A DNA stretch of 64,000 nucleotides from Myxococcota bacterium (GTDB taxonomy: Bacteria > Myxococcota_A > UBA796 > GCA-2862545). The translations under genes were made by a program, and so were the position numbers. The DNA lies in contig JBCCQY010000009.1 of assembly GCA_039208735.1 (NCBI GenBank), positions 34,557 to 98,556 on the forward strand, in the 5' to 3' direction. Below, piece by piece: positions 15,994 through 26,127 of this stretch. Every line of letters starts with the position of its first letter. Within the stretch, counting starts at the first letter, position 1. The notes under the pieces were generated by a model. That model was not told the DNA's origin. It made no database searches and worked only from the letters and a program-made list of their open reading frames with translations.

Positions 15994-17780
15994 AACGTCC
16001 AGTCGTCCTTGGCCTTCACCAACCGATCGATCGCGGTTTCGATTTCGACGGGTAGGGGGGCTGCTTCGGAGCGGTCCTCAAGGGCGCGTACGAAGCTTGC
16101 GGCGCTTGCGGCTCGCGTTTCGGGCGACGCACTCGAGAAGACCTCCCAGCGTCGTGCGAGGTCGCGATCGTCCATCACCAAGGGAGCCACGGTCGCTTCT
16201 TCGGCTTCAACGGCAACGATGAACGCTTGGTCCGCGCGATCGTCTTGGGTCGAGAAGAACCAATAGCCGGTCACCGCAAGGGTGGTGATCAGGAGGCCAA
16301 ACAGGGTGCCGCCGAGGATGACCCGTGCCACCTGGCCAAAGGTCGCGCCACCCCCTTCGTCACGGATGTGAGTGCGGCTACTGGGGCGAATGATGTTTTG
16401 CGCGGGTTCCATGGCCTGAGCAGCCGCAAATCCCGGGGACGGAAGAGCCAGGTCATCGGGCTCATCGAAGTATTGGACGCCCATGAAGGACTCGCCCCCT
16501 GAGGGGGCACTGGGCGGCGGCGCGTAGGTGGCGGGCGCGGTGGATGGCGGCGGTTGCGGCGTCATGTGGGGAGGAGGCGCTGGCGTCGAGTAGACGGGGA
16601 TGGGCATGCCACCAGGGCCCGTATTGCGGGTGGGTCCACTGTTGCCGGTGTGATGCTGGGGCCCGCGATTGCCAGTGTGGTGCCGCGGACCTCGATTGCC
16701 GGTGTGGTGCCCTACGAGGGGACCACTGTTTCGGCTGGCCGACGGGGGCGTGGCCGAAGGACTTCCCGTGCGGGGAGCAAACGTCGGCGTCGACGTTCCC
16801 GGCGGCACCGTCGCGTCATCGTGAAAGCTCGAGGAAGAGGGCTGGGAGGGAGGGTCCGGCGGGCCGAAGACCTCGCGCGGCTGGGGCGTATCGAGGTGCG
16901 GTGCGATCTCGGTCAGGATCGCGTCCATGCCGTCGTACTGGCTGCGATCTGGAAAATCCTGGGTGGACTCCAGCCAAGGCGCTGACCCCTGGGCCGGCGG
17001 GAAGTTGCCCTGCGCCTGCCGCAGCGCATCGTAGAGGCTCGACGTGGTGTAGCGCTCGGTGGGGGCAAACGCGCAGGCTCGATGCAACAACGGTCGCAGG
17101 GAGCGCGGAATCGCGGAGAGTAGACCCTCGTATGCCTCGGCATAAAAGAGGTCAGCCGAAGGTTTCCCGGCGAGCAACATGTAGAGCAACGCCCCGAGGG
17201 CGTAGACGTCAGTCGTGGCGTCGGGTTGCCACGCCTGTCGGAGTTCAGGGGCGAGGTGCGCCCAGTCTGCGCCAGCTCGCGTCTCGGGGGTGTCGCGGAG
17301 GACGGCGCGTTGCCCGAACGATGTGAGAACGGCCGAGCCGTCCTCTGAGAACTGGACCACATCGGGACGAGGGTGCCCGTGGACGATGCCGCGGGGGTGA
17401 GCCCAGGCGAGGCCTTCGGCGCATCGTGTGACGACTTGCAAAGCCCATTCTGGTGCCACCCCACCCCGACGGCGGAGGTGGTCGCTCACCGAGCCTACGA
17501 GCCGATCCCGAACCACGTAAACTACGGTTCCATCCGTGCCGACGTCGATCACGCGTTCAAGGGCCGGATGCTCGAGCTTCGCGGCCCACTGGGCGACCGC
17601 AAGCATGCGACGGCTGGCTGCCTCGTCGCCAGGACGGGCCACCCGAATGGATCGCCATCGCTTGAGACGGGTGTCCCAGGCCAACAACGATGCGGTGTTC
17701 GCATCGGTCGCCTGGGTGCGCATAAGTTCGTACCGACCTGCAAGCTTCAGCGGAACCGGGGCATGAAATGAACGTGGCAT
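15984..17780 (-). CDS. Membrane-anchored Ser/Thr pseudokinase with a Pro-rich linker
   Basis: Hanks-kinase scaffold (AGRYEL, LEHP, LAPE, DVYALG) with substituted catalytic motifs. One TM segment near the C-terminus. Confidence 0.85.
   Translation of the reverse strand: MPRSFHAPVPLKLAGRYELMRTQATDANTASLLAWDTRLKRWRSIRVARPGDEAASRRMLAVAQWAAKLEHPALERVIDVGTDGTVVYVVRDRLVGSVSDHLRRRGGVAPEWALQVVTRCAEGLAWAHPRGIVHGHPRPDVVQFSEDGSAVLTSFGQRAVLRDTPETRAGADWAHLAPELRQAWQPDATTDVYALGALLYMLLAGKPSADLFYAEAYEGLLSAIPRSLRPLLHRACAFAPTERYTTSSLYDALRQAQGNFPPAQGSAPWLESTQDFPDRSQYDGMDAILTEIAPHLDTPQPREVFGPPDPPSQPSSSSFHDDATVPPGTSTPTFAPRTGSPSATPPSASRNSGPLVGHHTGNRGPRHHTGNRGPQHHTGNSGPTRNTGPGGMPIPVYSTPAPPPHMTPQPPPSTAPATYAPPPSAPSGGESFMGVQYFDEPDDLALPSPGFAAAQAMEPAQNIIRPSSRTHIRDEGGGATFGQVARVILGGTLFGLLITTLAVTGYWFFSTQDDRADQAFIVAVEAEEATVAPLVMDDRDLARRWEVFSSASPETRAASAASFVRALEDRSEAAPLPVEIETAIDRLVKAKDDWTFYR
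16615..16735 (-). repeat. 27-bp coding tandem repeat, about 3-4 units (HHTGNxGPx)
   Basis: ttgccggtgtgatg / ttgccagtgtggtg / ttgccggtgtggtg at 27-bp spacing. Confidence 0.85.
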
Positions 17781-17859
17781 GGCTATCCGAGCAGCGCGTT
17801 CATCCTATCGGACGCCGCGCGCCACGCGACGTAGCATGTTCATCGCCTTTTTGCGGACG

Positions 17860-18291
17860 CTAGGGCGTTTCGGGAGATTTCGTGTCGTTCTCAGGCGCGT
17901 TCGCGTCGCGTTCTTGCAGGACCACTGCACCATCTTCGGTCCGTCGCTGCGGGGATTTGCCGATGACCTGAATACCGGTGGTTGCGGCCACGACGACCTT
18001 CTCTGCCTTGGACAGGTCGAGCGTCAAGAGATCGGTCTTCTCTTCGGGCACCGCGATCTTCGTCGTGATCTTGAACGGATCTTGGCTGCCGGTGACTTCG
18101 AACGTGTGAACGCCTTCGATCAGCGCCGTCTCAACAGGCAGCTTGCCCAGTCGCCAGCCGTCGACGCGCACCGTGTCACCTTCACGGCCTGGAAGTTCAA
18201 TTTTCACCTTGACTTCACGGTACTCCGTCTTCACGATCTCGACCTCTGGGGTCGGGTCCGCCACGGCGGTCAGGGTCCACATCCACCACAT
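17860..18291 (-). CDS. PEGA-like domain secreted protein
   Basis: MWWMWTLTAVA signal and VRVDGWRLGKLPVETALIEGVHTFEV PEGA-like motif. Confidence 0.7.
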   Translation of the reverse strand: MWWMWTLTAVADPTPEVEIVKTEYREVKVKIELPGREGDTVRVDGWRLGKLPVETALIEGVHTFEVTGSQDPFKITTKIAVPEEKTDLLTLDLSKAEKVVVAATTGIQVIGKSPQRRTEDGAVVLQERDANAPENDTKSPETP

Positions 18292-18530
18292 TTCACATCC
18301 CTCCAGCGCGCCGCTTCTTAGCGTCTGGACGGGCAGTTTGCCTCCGCCTTCAGCGCGTCCGCTCGATAAGGCCCGTATCAACGTCGCTGGCACAGGGAAG
18401 TGCTGCTGTGACCAAGACGATCCCATTGTCTCATAGGCACCTGCGCACGACTTCGATGGTGGGAACGGTTCTCCTCAACGGCCAGCAGTACCATTCGTGT
18501 CCTGAAGGAGGTTTCGCTATCTTGGGGCAG

Positions 18531-19100
18531 TCAGTAGCTCACGGTGAAGTCAACGTTGGAGGTGCTCATCGTACCTTCGATTTCGAACAGCATCGTGTCG
18601 CCATCGCCACAGTCGGTGTCCTCGAATTCTCCTGAGAACTCAAATGCAATGCAAGACTCGGACGCGGCCGTGAAGGTGAGACCACCACTGACCCCTGCGA
18701 ACCCGTCGCTCTCTTTCGAGCTGCACCGTCGCATGGGGTTGTACTCGGCGAAGATGGCCACATCCGCCGCGTCGCCACCGAACGACCCGGGAATTGGAAA
18801 GAACGCCCCTGGCTCGATGGTCCGGTCCACACTGGTCGCAAACGACGTGAAGAGCCTTGCGTTTACCGTTCCCTCCGTAGGCCCGGGAAGGCGAGCGTCG
18901 TACTGGAAGAATGAGACTCCCTTGCCATAAGGAACGGTGAGCGAACCCTCGGTGTTGGGCAAGAGGAACGCTTCACCTTCGAGAACAAAGGAGCCCTCGT
19001 CGAGGCAGTTACCATTGGCCGCTCCGCCGCCGCCTCCTCCACCTGCCGCATCACATGCTCCCAAGATGCTAGCTGAGACCACGATCATTCCAAGTCGCAT
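18531..19100 (-). CDS. Hypothetical lipoprotein
   Basis: GGAGGAGG RBS, MRLGMIVVSASILGA-C lipobox and a poly-Gly linker. Confidence 0.8.
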   Translation of the reverse strand: MRLGMIVVSASILGACDAAGGGGGGGAANGNCLDEGSFVLEGEAFLLPNTEGSLTVPYGKGVSFFQYDARLPGPTEGTVNARLFTSFATSVDRTIEPGAFFPIPGSFGGDAADVAIFAEYNPMRRCSSKESDGFAGVSGGLTFTAASESCIAFEFSGEFEDTDCGDGDTMLFEIEGTMSTSNVDFTVSY

Positions 19101-19224
19101 GCTGCCTCCTCCGACCTCGTGCGGTCGAGCGAGGGCACTGTGCCACAATCCGGTGAGTCGCGACGTCATCAGGTTGGCGTGTGGTTCACACGCCGTGTCC
19201 ATGGAGTGCCAAACGGTCGCGAAA

Positions 19225-20250
19225 CTACCAGTAGACGATGGCCAGTCCGTTGTCTTCGAGCACCGAAACCGACATCAAGCGGCCGGTTGCATCAAGGGTG
19301 AAGGCGGTCCGGGGAGAGGTGGGGAGGTCACAAACCCCTGCGACCGCTTGCCAAGGCCCATCCCCCTCTCGTCGCAGGATGCGGGGAACGTCGCCGGACA
19401 ACAGTTCGACGTCCCCTTGCGACACCGTGACGTGCCCGTCGGTCCAGGCGGGGCGGATGGAGAACCACAACGCATCGTTCGGCTTTTCCCCTTCGTCTGG
19501 CGGCGGAGGAGGCTCGCGGGGCACGACGCTGGGCGGAGGGCCTTCGGTGACCCTCCCCTGGCGTGTGTCGAGCCAAAGGCGCCGTTCGGTACTCTCGCCA
19601 ATATCGACGACGACCTCGATTCGATCGCCGTCATGGCTCGTCAGCGTGAGGCGCTCATACGGGACGGGGTTGCGAAGGCCAGGGACGTTGAGATCGACGC
19701 GATCGACCTCGAAGGGCTTGACCGGCTCGAGTCCGGTGTACACGGCGGATGCCACCCAGGTGAGCGCGTCATCCCCAACGTCGCCACAGGGGGCCGAGGC
19801 CACCGCCTCCACCAGCGCGGGCTCGAGGCTGCAGGTCCATGCGAAAGCCTCGCGCGCTTCGTTGCCGCGGTAGTCCTCGACGGTGCTTGGGTCGAAAGGA
19901 AAGACGGCATCGGGCGGTGGACCGTCGAGCACTTGCAGGTCCCAGGCGTGGCACATCTCGTGTCGGAGGGTGGTGACTTGCCAGTCTGCGTCGTCCTCAG
20001 TGATGCGAACGTCGCGCAGCACGGCCCGGTAACGCCCTCCAAAACGCGCAGGATTTTCGCGGACCCGAATCCGACCTACACACACCCTGGCCGGAGCTAC
20101 GGCTTCGGTAAAGTCGGCCCATACGGCCTGGAGGCGTTCGACGACGGGGTCATCGGCGTCGCGTCCGCCGATGCGCAACCCTTCGTCGTCGGCCGTACAC
20201 ACGCCGCGGCACCCCGCGAGCCATCCCACACCAAGGAGGCCCCACCACAT
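19225..20250 (-). CDS. Lipoprotein with an HExxH zincin metallopeptidase motif
   Basis: MWWGLLGVGWLAG-C; TLRHEMCHAWD; downstream REAFA. Confidence 0.75.
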   Translation of the reverse strand: MWWGLLGVGWLAGCRGVCTADDEGLRIGGRDADDPVVERLQAVWADFTEAVAPARVCVGRIRVRENPARFGGRYRAVLRDVRITEDDADWQVTTLRHEMCHAWDLQVLDGPPPDAVFPFDPSTVEDYRGNEAREAFAWTCSLEPALVEAVASAPCGDVGDDALTWVASAVYTGLEPVKPFEVDRVDLNVPGLRNPVPYERLTLTSHDGDRIEVVVDIGESTERRLWLDTRQGRVTEGPPPSVVPREPPPPPDEGEKPNDALWFSIRPAWTDGHVTVSQGDVELLSGDVPRILRREGDGPWQAVAGVCDLPTSPRTAFTLDATGRLMSVSVLEDNGLAIVYW

Positions 20251-20252
20251 CG

Positions 20253-21389
20253 CTACGTCTCGCGCGGCTTCAAGGGGAGCTGTTCACGCAACTCGGCCAC
20301 CCGACGGTGAACGCTGCGGGCCTCCTGCCCGCTGTAGTGCTCGAGGCCCTCGTGGAGCCGTGAGTCGGCCAGCCAGTGGCTCGAACGTGTGATCGTAGGC
20401 TCAAATCCTCGACGGTACTTGTGACCGCCCCCGTGCCCGGGTTCGAACACCTTCAAGCCTCGCCGAATGCACTCTTCAATCGCCTGGTAATAGCAGACCT
20501 CGAAGTGCAGGAAGGGGACGTGGTCGTCCGACCCCCAGTACCGACCATAGAGACGGTCGCCCTTGATCACATTGAAGGCGCCAGCGACAATTCGATCCCC
20601 ATCGCGGGCGGTGACCAGGTGAAGCCGGTCTCCCCAGTGTTCACCGAGAAACGCGAACATCTCACGCGACAGGTAGACCCGACCCCACGGGCCAAACTGC
20701 CGGCAGGTGTTCTGGTAGAACCGGTGCATCGCCATCAGTCGGTCCATGGACGGATTCACGGTGGCTTCAAGGGTGACGCCGCGAAGGTCTTTGCGCTCTC
20801 GACGGATTTTGTTCCGTTTCTTGCTCACGAACCGAGCTAGCCAGTCTTCAAACGTCTCGTAGCCTTCGTTGTTCCAATGAAACTGGAACTGCAGACGCTC
20901 GAAGAGGCCTTGCTCGGCCAGCCAGTCGGCTTCGTCCTTGGTGTCGAAAAGGACGTGGATGCCGTGGCAATCCTCGGCCGCCGCGCGCAGGCCTTGAAGC
21001 AAGCCCAACCGGACGGTTTCAGGGTCGTTGACCTCAGGGTCGACGAGCAAACGTTGTCCGGTCGCCGGCGTGAAGGGGATGCCGACGACGAGCTTCGGGT
21101 AGTACTCGAGCCCGGCTCGATGCGCGGCGTCCGCCCATCCGTGATCGTAGACGAATTCCCCCATCGAATGCGCAGTCGCCCAGGCTGGAGCGGCGCCGAT
21201 GAGATTGTCATCATCGTCGTGGACGGTAACGGGCCGCGCCGCCCACCCGGTGTCGGGCACGGCACAGCCGAGGTCCTCGAGACCCGACAGAAAGATGTGT
21301 TCGAGGAACGGTGAACCCTCGGGCCCGACCAACCGGTCCCATGCGGCCCCATCGACGGTGTCGTAGCCGCTGTGCACGATGACCTTCAT
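20253..21389 (-). CDS. GNAT/FemAB-like protein (DUF482 family)
   Basis: HSMGEFVYDHGWA, YYPKL, PFTPATG, LYGRYWG, LHFEVCYYQAIE, HKYRRGF. Confidence 0.93.
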   Translation of the reverse strand: MKVIVHSGYDTVDGAAWDRLVGPEGSPFLEHIFLSGLEDLGCAVPDTGWAARPVTVHDDDDNLIGAAPAWATAHSMGEFVYDHGWADAAHRAGLEYYPKLVVGIPFTPATGQRLLVDPEVNDPETVRLGLLQGLRAAAEDCHGIHVLFDTKDEADWLAEQGLFERLQFQFHWNNEGYETFEDWLARFVSKKRNKIRRERKDLRGVTLEATVNPSMDRLMAMHRFYQNTCRQFGPWGRVYLSREMFAFLGEHWGDRLHLVTARDGDRIVAGAFNVIKGDRLYGRYWGSDDHVPFLHFEVCYYQAIEECIRRGLKVFEPGHGGGHKYRRGFEPTITRSSHWLADSRLHEGLEHYSGQEARSVHRRVAELREQLPLKPRET

Positions 21390-21408
21390 GGTCACGTTCG
21401 TACCATCC

Positions 21409-22650
21409 TCAGGGCGCAACCGAGACCGTGAATCGCTGGGTCTCGATGGCGCGTGGGTAATCACCGAGCCCATGGTACTCGGCGTTGGCTTTGCTGATGC
21501 GGTGCGTGCTCGCCACGATCTCAGCGTTGACGGCCCCCGAGGGCACAGGCCACGTCCAGGTTCGGGACTCTCGAGGCTTGAGGCGGTTGTCGCCGACCTT
21601 GACCGGAGGAGTCGACCACTGCCAGGTCTGGCCAAACCGCTGCGCCTCCGCCCCGAGTCCGGCGCCCGAAGCATCCCGGAACGTCGCCGTGACCTGGACC
21701 CACCGTTCGGGATCGCCCGAGGGCAGCCAATGGCCTGCGTTCGCGTTGGTCGCCGTCACCTCGAGTCCGTCGGCACCGCGTTGAGCCTCGACTTCGAGTC
21801 CAGGCCCCGGCAGAGTTTCCGGACCCCAGGGGCGATCCGCGAACTTTGGAATGCCCGATCCCTTGAACCAGTGACGCCCGACCTCCCGAACCGGACCGCC
21901 CACCGCGGCAGGACGCTTCACCCGGGGTTGATGGCAGTGCCCGCAGGCTTTGCCTTCGTCGTCGTACGGTCCCGCGCGCCACTCCGCTCCCGTCTGGAAC
22001 GTACAAACGAAGGACTTGCCCTCATAGACCAGCTCCGCCTGATGGCAGTCGAGGCACATGGGGTCGTCCGCATCGGAGCGGAACCGTGCATCGACGATGA
22101 CGCCGTGCGGAGCCTGGCTGTTTTCGAGCCCCGGACCGTGAATGCCGTCCTCACGGACGTGGCAGCCGGCGCAGTTCAGTCCCTCGTCGCGAAGTGCGGC
22201 ATCGAAGCGTTCATTCTTCACCCAACGGGGTTGCTCGACATCCCCATCGACGATCGCCACAGGAAGGCGATCTTGCTGGATCAACAGGGGCGTATGGCAG
22301 TTCACGCAGAGCCAGCGGTTGTCCGATTTTGCAAGCTCGCCTTGGAACTGTGGGTCGATCCAGGCTTGCGCGTGGATCGACTGGCGCCATTCGGCGGCGA
22401 TCGTGGGATGACACCCTTCACACGCCTCCACCGACATTGATCCAATGCCGGGGACGCTCTCGAGCCCGGTGACCCGAAGTGGACGTTCGACGCGCGGTCG
22501 CGTGTCCATGAAGGCGTTGGTGGCGGCCACGTCGGCCAAAAAGCCCTGCGAAGGCACGTACTGGCCTCCGTTGGAGACCGTGTGGGGCTCGGGCGCGTCC
22601 TGCACCGTTGGACGAACCGGTGATCCACAAGCCACAAGGATGGCCGTCAA
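21409..22650 (-). CDS. Multiheme (5 x CxxCH) cytochrome c lipoprotein, c554-like N-terminus
   Basis: CEGCH, CVNCH, CAGCH, CLDCH and [20 protein letters not shown]; lipobox ILVAC. Start uncertain. Confidence 0.88.
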   Translation of the reverse strand: MTAILVACGSPVRPTVQDAPEPHTVSNGGQYVPSQGFLADVAATNAFMDTRPRVERPLRVTGLESVPGIGSMSVEACEGCHPTIAAEWRQSIHAQAWIDPQFQGELAKSDNRWLCVNCHTPLLIQQDRLPVAIVDGDVEQPRWVKNERFDAALRDEGLNCAGCHVREDGIHGPGLENSQAPHGVIVDARFRSDADDPMCLDCHQAELVYEGKSFVCTFQTGAEWRAGPYDDEGKACGHCHQPRVKRPAAVGGPVREVGRHWFKGSGIPKFADRPWGPETLPGPGLEVEAQRGADGLEVTATNANAGHWLPSGDPERWVQVTATFRDASGAGLGAEAQRFGQTWQWSTPPVKVGDNRLKPRESRTWTWPVPSGAVNAEIVASTHRISKANAEYHGLGDYPRAIETQRFTVSVAP

Positions 22651-22732
22651 GGCGAACGTGGCTCGGCGAAGCGTCCGTTTGAGTCCACCGCGGTCGATGC
22701 TAGGGTGCCGGTCTACCTTACGGAGTGAGTCG

Positions 22733-23938
22733 ATGTACGGGGAACAGACCGAAACCGCCCTCGCGGGCGAGCTCGAAGCGATGAGGGAGGCGGGAACGTT
22801 CAAGAACGAACGCATCATCGTCTCTCCCCAGCGGGCCAATATCCGTGTCGATTCCGGCAACGAGGTCCTCAACTTCTGCGCCAACAACTACCTGGGGCTC
22901 GCCGATGACCCCCAGCTCGTGGAAGCCGCCAAACGAGCGTTGGATACCTATGGTCTCGGTCTGGCCTCGGTTCGTTTCATCTGCGGCACGCTAGACATCC
23001 ACCGTCAACTCGAAGCTCGCATTTCCGAGTTCCTCCAGACCGAAGCGACGATCTTGTATTCGTCGTGCTTCGACGCCAACGCGGGCCTCTTCGAGACGAT
23101 CCTGACCGCCGAAGATGCGGTGGTTTCGGACTCGCTCAACCATGCCTCGATCATCGATGGCATCCGGCTGTGCAAGGCCAAGCGCTTTGTGTTCGCCCAC
23201 GACGACATGGACGACCTCAACAAGCAGCTTGAGGCCGCCAAAGCGGCGGGCGCGCGGCGCATCCTCATCGCGACCGATGGGGTCTTCAGCATGGACGGGG
23301 ACATTGCGCGGCTCGACCGCATCTGCGATCTCGCGGAAGCGCACGGCGCCATGGTGATGGCCGACGACTGCCATGCCACGGGGTTCGTGGGCAAGACGGG
23401 GCGCGGCTCGATCGAACACTGCGATGTGATGGGGCGGGTCGACATCATCACGAGCACCCTCGGCAAGGCGCTGGGGGGCGCATCTGGAGGCTTCACCACG
23501 GGTCGCGCCGAGATCATCGGCCTGCTCCGTCAGCGTTCGCGGCCCTACCTGTTCTCGAACACGCTGGCGCCCGCCCTGGTGGGCGCGGCCTTGGCGGCGT
23601 TCGACCGCCTCTCGAGCAGCACCGATCTGCGGGATCGGCTCGCCGAGAACACCACCTACTTCCGCGAGAAAATGACGGCGGCGGGCTTTAAGATTCGCCC
23701 TGGAAGTCATCCCATCGTGCCCATCATGTTGGGAGACGCGGCCCTGTCGATGACGATGGCCGATGCGATGCTCCAACGCGGCATCTACGTCATCGGCTTT
23801 GCCTACCCTGTGGTTCCCAAGGGCCAAGCCCGTATTCGTGTGCAGATCAGCGCCGCCCACACGCGCGACCACCTCGATCAGGCGATCGAGGCGTTCACCG
23901 AAGTTGGGGAGCAGCTGGGCGTGGTTTCGCCACGTTAA
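22733..23938 (+). CDS. kbl: 2-amino-3-ketobutyrate CoA ligase (glycine C-acetyltransferase)
   Basis: [36 protein letters not shown] (PLP Lys), RPYLFSN. Confidence 0.96.
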   Translation: MYGEQTETALAGELEAMREAGTFKNERIIVSPQRANIRVDSGNEVLNFCANNYLGLADDPQLVEAAKRALDTYGLGLASVRFICGTLDIHRQLEARISEFLQTEATILYSSCFDANAGLFETILTAEDAVVSDSLNHASIIDGIRLCKAKRFVFAHDDMDDLNKQLEAAKAAGARRILIATDGVFSMDGDIARLDRICDLAEAHGAMVMADDCHATGFVGKTGRGSIEHCDVMGRVDIITSTLGKALGGASGGFTTGRAEIIGLLRQRSRPYLFSNTLAPALVGAALAAFDRLSSSTDLRDRLAENTTYFREKMTAAGFKIRPGSHPIVPIMLGDAALSMTMADAMLQRGIYVIGFAYPVVPKGQARIRVQISAAHTRDHLDQAIEAFTEVGEQLGVVSPR

Positions 23939-24777
23939 GCATCGGGCTTCGCGAAAATTCCGAAGTCTTCGCCGCCTTTGCCGGCGGCAATCAGCTCGTC
24001 CATCTTGGCGGCGATCGCCGGCAGAAGGAGGAGGTTGTTGGCACCCGCGGCTTCGATCATCAGCCGGACGTCTTTGCGCCCCATGGTCAGTTCGAAGCTC
24101 GGGGGGCGAGTTCCCGCGGCGAGGACGCGGCGTCCCATCCCGACCGGTGTAGGCGAGAAGGTCTCGAAGAGGGCCATCACCTCGTCGGGGGACATGCCGT
24201 TGGCCTTGCCGATGGCGAACAGATCCCCCATGGCCCCCGAAAGCATGACGAGCAGCCCGTTCCCGGTCAGCTTCACGGTCGCGGCGCGTGTGGGGTCGTC
24301 GCCAAGGTTTAGGACCTTGCCGGTCATCGTTGACAATTCAGGCTCCAGGCTCGTAATTTCGTCTTGTGGACCGCTGATGAGCATGAGCCCGGTGGCGTCG
24401 CGTGAGTTCGAAGGTCCCATGAATACGGGAGCATGAAGGTACCGAATGCCCTTCTCACGAAGGCGGGCAAAGCGTTCCCGGACGCCTTCGGGCAAGTTGG
24501 TGCTGTGATCGAGGATGAACACTCCCTCGCCAAGACCAGGCTCGAGCTTGGCAATGACGTCGTCGACCACCGCGTCATCGGTGAGCACGAGGTGCACGCG
24601 CTCCGCCCCTCGGACCGTGTCAGCCGGATCGGTGCCGGCAATCCCGCCGGCTTCGACCACTGGCGCCGTCTTTGACGCCGTCCGGTTCCAAACCCGCACG
24701 GGATGGCCCTTCTTGAGACGGTTCTCGGCAAATCCACGCCCGAGCAACCCCATTCCCAACACCGCAATCGTCGACAT
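23935..24777 (-). CDS. NAD(P)-dependent beta-hydroxyacid dehydrogenase (3-hydroxyisobutyrate dehydrogenase family)
   Basis: GMGLLG Rossmann motif, VWNRT, DHST, APV, KLTGN, KD. Confidence 0.9.
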   Translation of the reverse strand: MSTIAVLGMGLLGRGFAENRLKKGHPVRVWNRTASKTAPVVEAGGIAGTDPADTVRGAERVHLVLTDDAVVDDVIAKLEPGLGEGVFILDHSTNLPEGVRERFARLREKGIRYLHAPVFMGPSNSRDATGLMLISGPQDEITSLEPELSTMTGKVLNLGDDPTRAATVKLTGNGLLVMLSGAMGDLFAIGKANGMSPDEVMALFETFSPTPVGMGRRVLAAGTRPPSFELTMGRKDVRLMIEAAGANNLLLLPAIAAKMDELIAAGKGGEDFGIFAKPDA

Positions 24778-24840
24778 CGTGACCTCGCATGCTCCCGCAC
24801 GAGCGGGTGTGGGTTCGTAATGAGCCCACCTCGCGAGGGG

Positions 24841-26127
24841 TCAGGACGGACCGGTGAGGCCGCGTAGCGGGACCACGTCGGGCAGGATCCAAGCAGGATC
24901 CACGCCCGCCATGGCGATGATGCCGGCCACGAACTGGTCGTAGCGCAGGGGCGCTCCGTTGGGGTCGAGGAGGCCGCGCTCCACGTCGACGGGTCGTCCG
25001 ACCAGTTCGTCGTCGGTCGCCCCGATGAGGTGCGGGCCTTCGATGTCCGCCCCCACCAGCAACGCCGAGGTGTAAGGCCAGTGCTCGGTGCCGTCCTCCT
25101 GGTTCCGCCAACCGGTACGGCCCATTTCAGACAGCACCACCACGAGCGTCTCGTCGAGCAGGCCTTGGGCGTGGAGTCCGCTCACAAGCTGGCCGATCGA
25201 TGAAAACAGGGATTGGTGCCAGCCATGCTGACGGCCATGGTCGGCGTGGGTGTCCCAGCTGTGTCCGGAGTCGACGAGGATGGTCCGCGCGATGCGGTGT
25301 TGCAACAGCGCGATGGCCAGGTCGATCTGGCCTCCCAAGGCGCCTTGGGTCCCCGAAAGCGAAGGCGACCAGTTGGGGACTTCGGCGAGCAAAGACGCAG
25401 CTCGCGTGCGGGCCTCGGTGCGTCCATCGAGGGCCTGGAGCCAGCTTCGGCCTAGGTCTCTTCGTGGATCTTGGCGTGCCTGTGTCGAAAGCCACTCGTC
25501 GATTGCGGGATCGTCGCCCGGCTGGCGAAGCAAGGAGGGACGGGAGGAACCGTCGCCCATCGCCATGCGACGGTGCGGCAGCAGGAGCTGCCCGAGCTGT
25601 CCACGACGGCCGGCTCGCAGGGAGGTCGCGGATGCATCGCCGAAACGGGCGTGGCCGGACAGATCGACAATGCCGAGAGGCCGGTCGTCTCGGCGCTCGG
25701 CCCCCACCTGGGTGATCCAGTCGGTGGCCTGTCGATCGTCGCGGCCGGTCAGGATGCGTCGCCGGCCGATCCAATGGCTAACCGAGCCGACCCACAGCCC
25801 TCGGACCACCGTGGTTCGAGGGGCCCATCGGTCGAAGAAGGTGGTCACGGCGGGGCGGCGCGCTGGATTGACCGCGATTTCAAGGGGGCCCCATCGTCCC
25901 GTGTCTTCCCGATCGTCCGTAGATTGAGGGGATTCCGCGGTGGGGCCTACGACGCCGGCAATACCGAGCTTTGGATCGAGGGCAAAGGTGGGATCCCATC
26001 CACCGTCCACCATGACGACCACGACATTGCGGGCTGGTCCCACGACGACAGGGTCGGGACCTCGTCCACAGCCGAGCGCCCCCAGCAGTCCGCCGCTCCA
26101 AAGCAGTTCGCGCCTCGACCAGCTCAT
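24841..26127 (-). CDS. DUF1501 family Tat-exported protein
   Basis: SRRELL Tat motif, GGWD, WDTH, VVVLSEMGRT and GTEHW. ATGA overlap with the upstream gene. Confidence 0.88.
   Translation of the reverse strand: MSWSRRELLWSGGLLGALGCGRGPDPVVVGPARNVVVVMVDGGWDPTFALDPKLGIAGVVGPTAESPQSTDDREDTGRWGPLEIAVNPARRPAVTTFFDRWAPRTTVVRGLWVGSVSHWIGRRRILTGRDDRQATDWITQVGAERRDDRPLGIVDLSGHARFGDASATSLRAGRRGQLGQLLLPHRRMAMGDGSSRPSLLRQPGDDPAIDEWLSTQARQDPRRDLGRSWLQALDGRTEARTRAASLLAEVPNWSPSLSGTQGALGGQIDLAIALLQHRIARTILVDSGHSWDTHADHGRQHGWHQSLFSSIGQLVSGLHAQGLLDETLVVVLSEMGRTGWRNQEDGTEHWPYTSALLVGADIEGPHLIGATDDELVGRPVDVERGLLDPNGAPLRYDQFVAGIIAMAGVDPAWILPDVVPLRGLTGPS

Noticed and set aside
18388..18404. Sigma-54-like TGGCACAGGGAAGTGCT
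   Set aside because: GG-to-GC spacing is 11 rather than 10, and no plus-strand gene follows.
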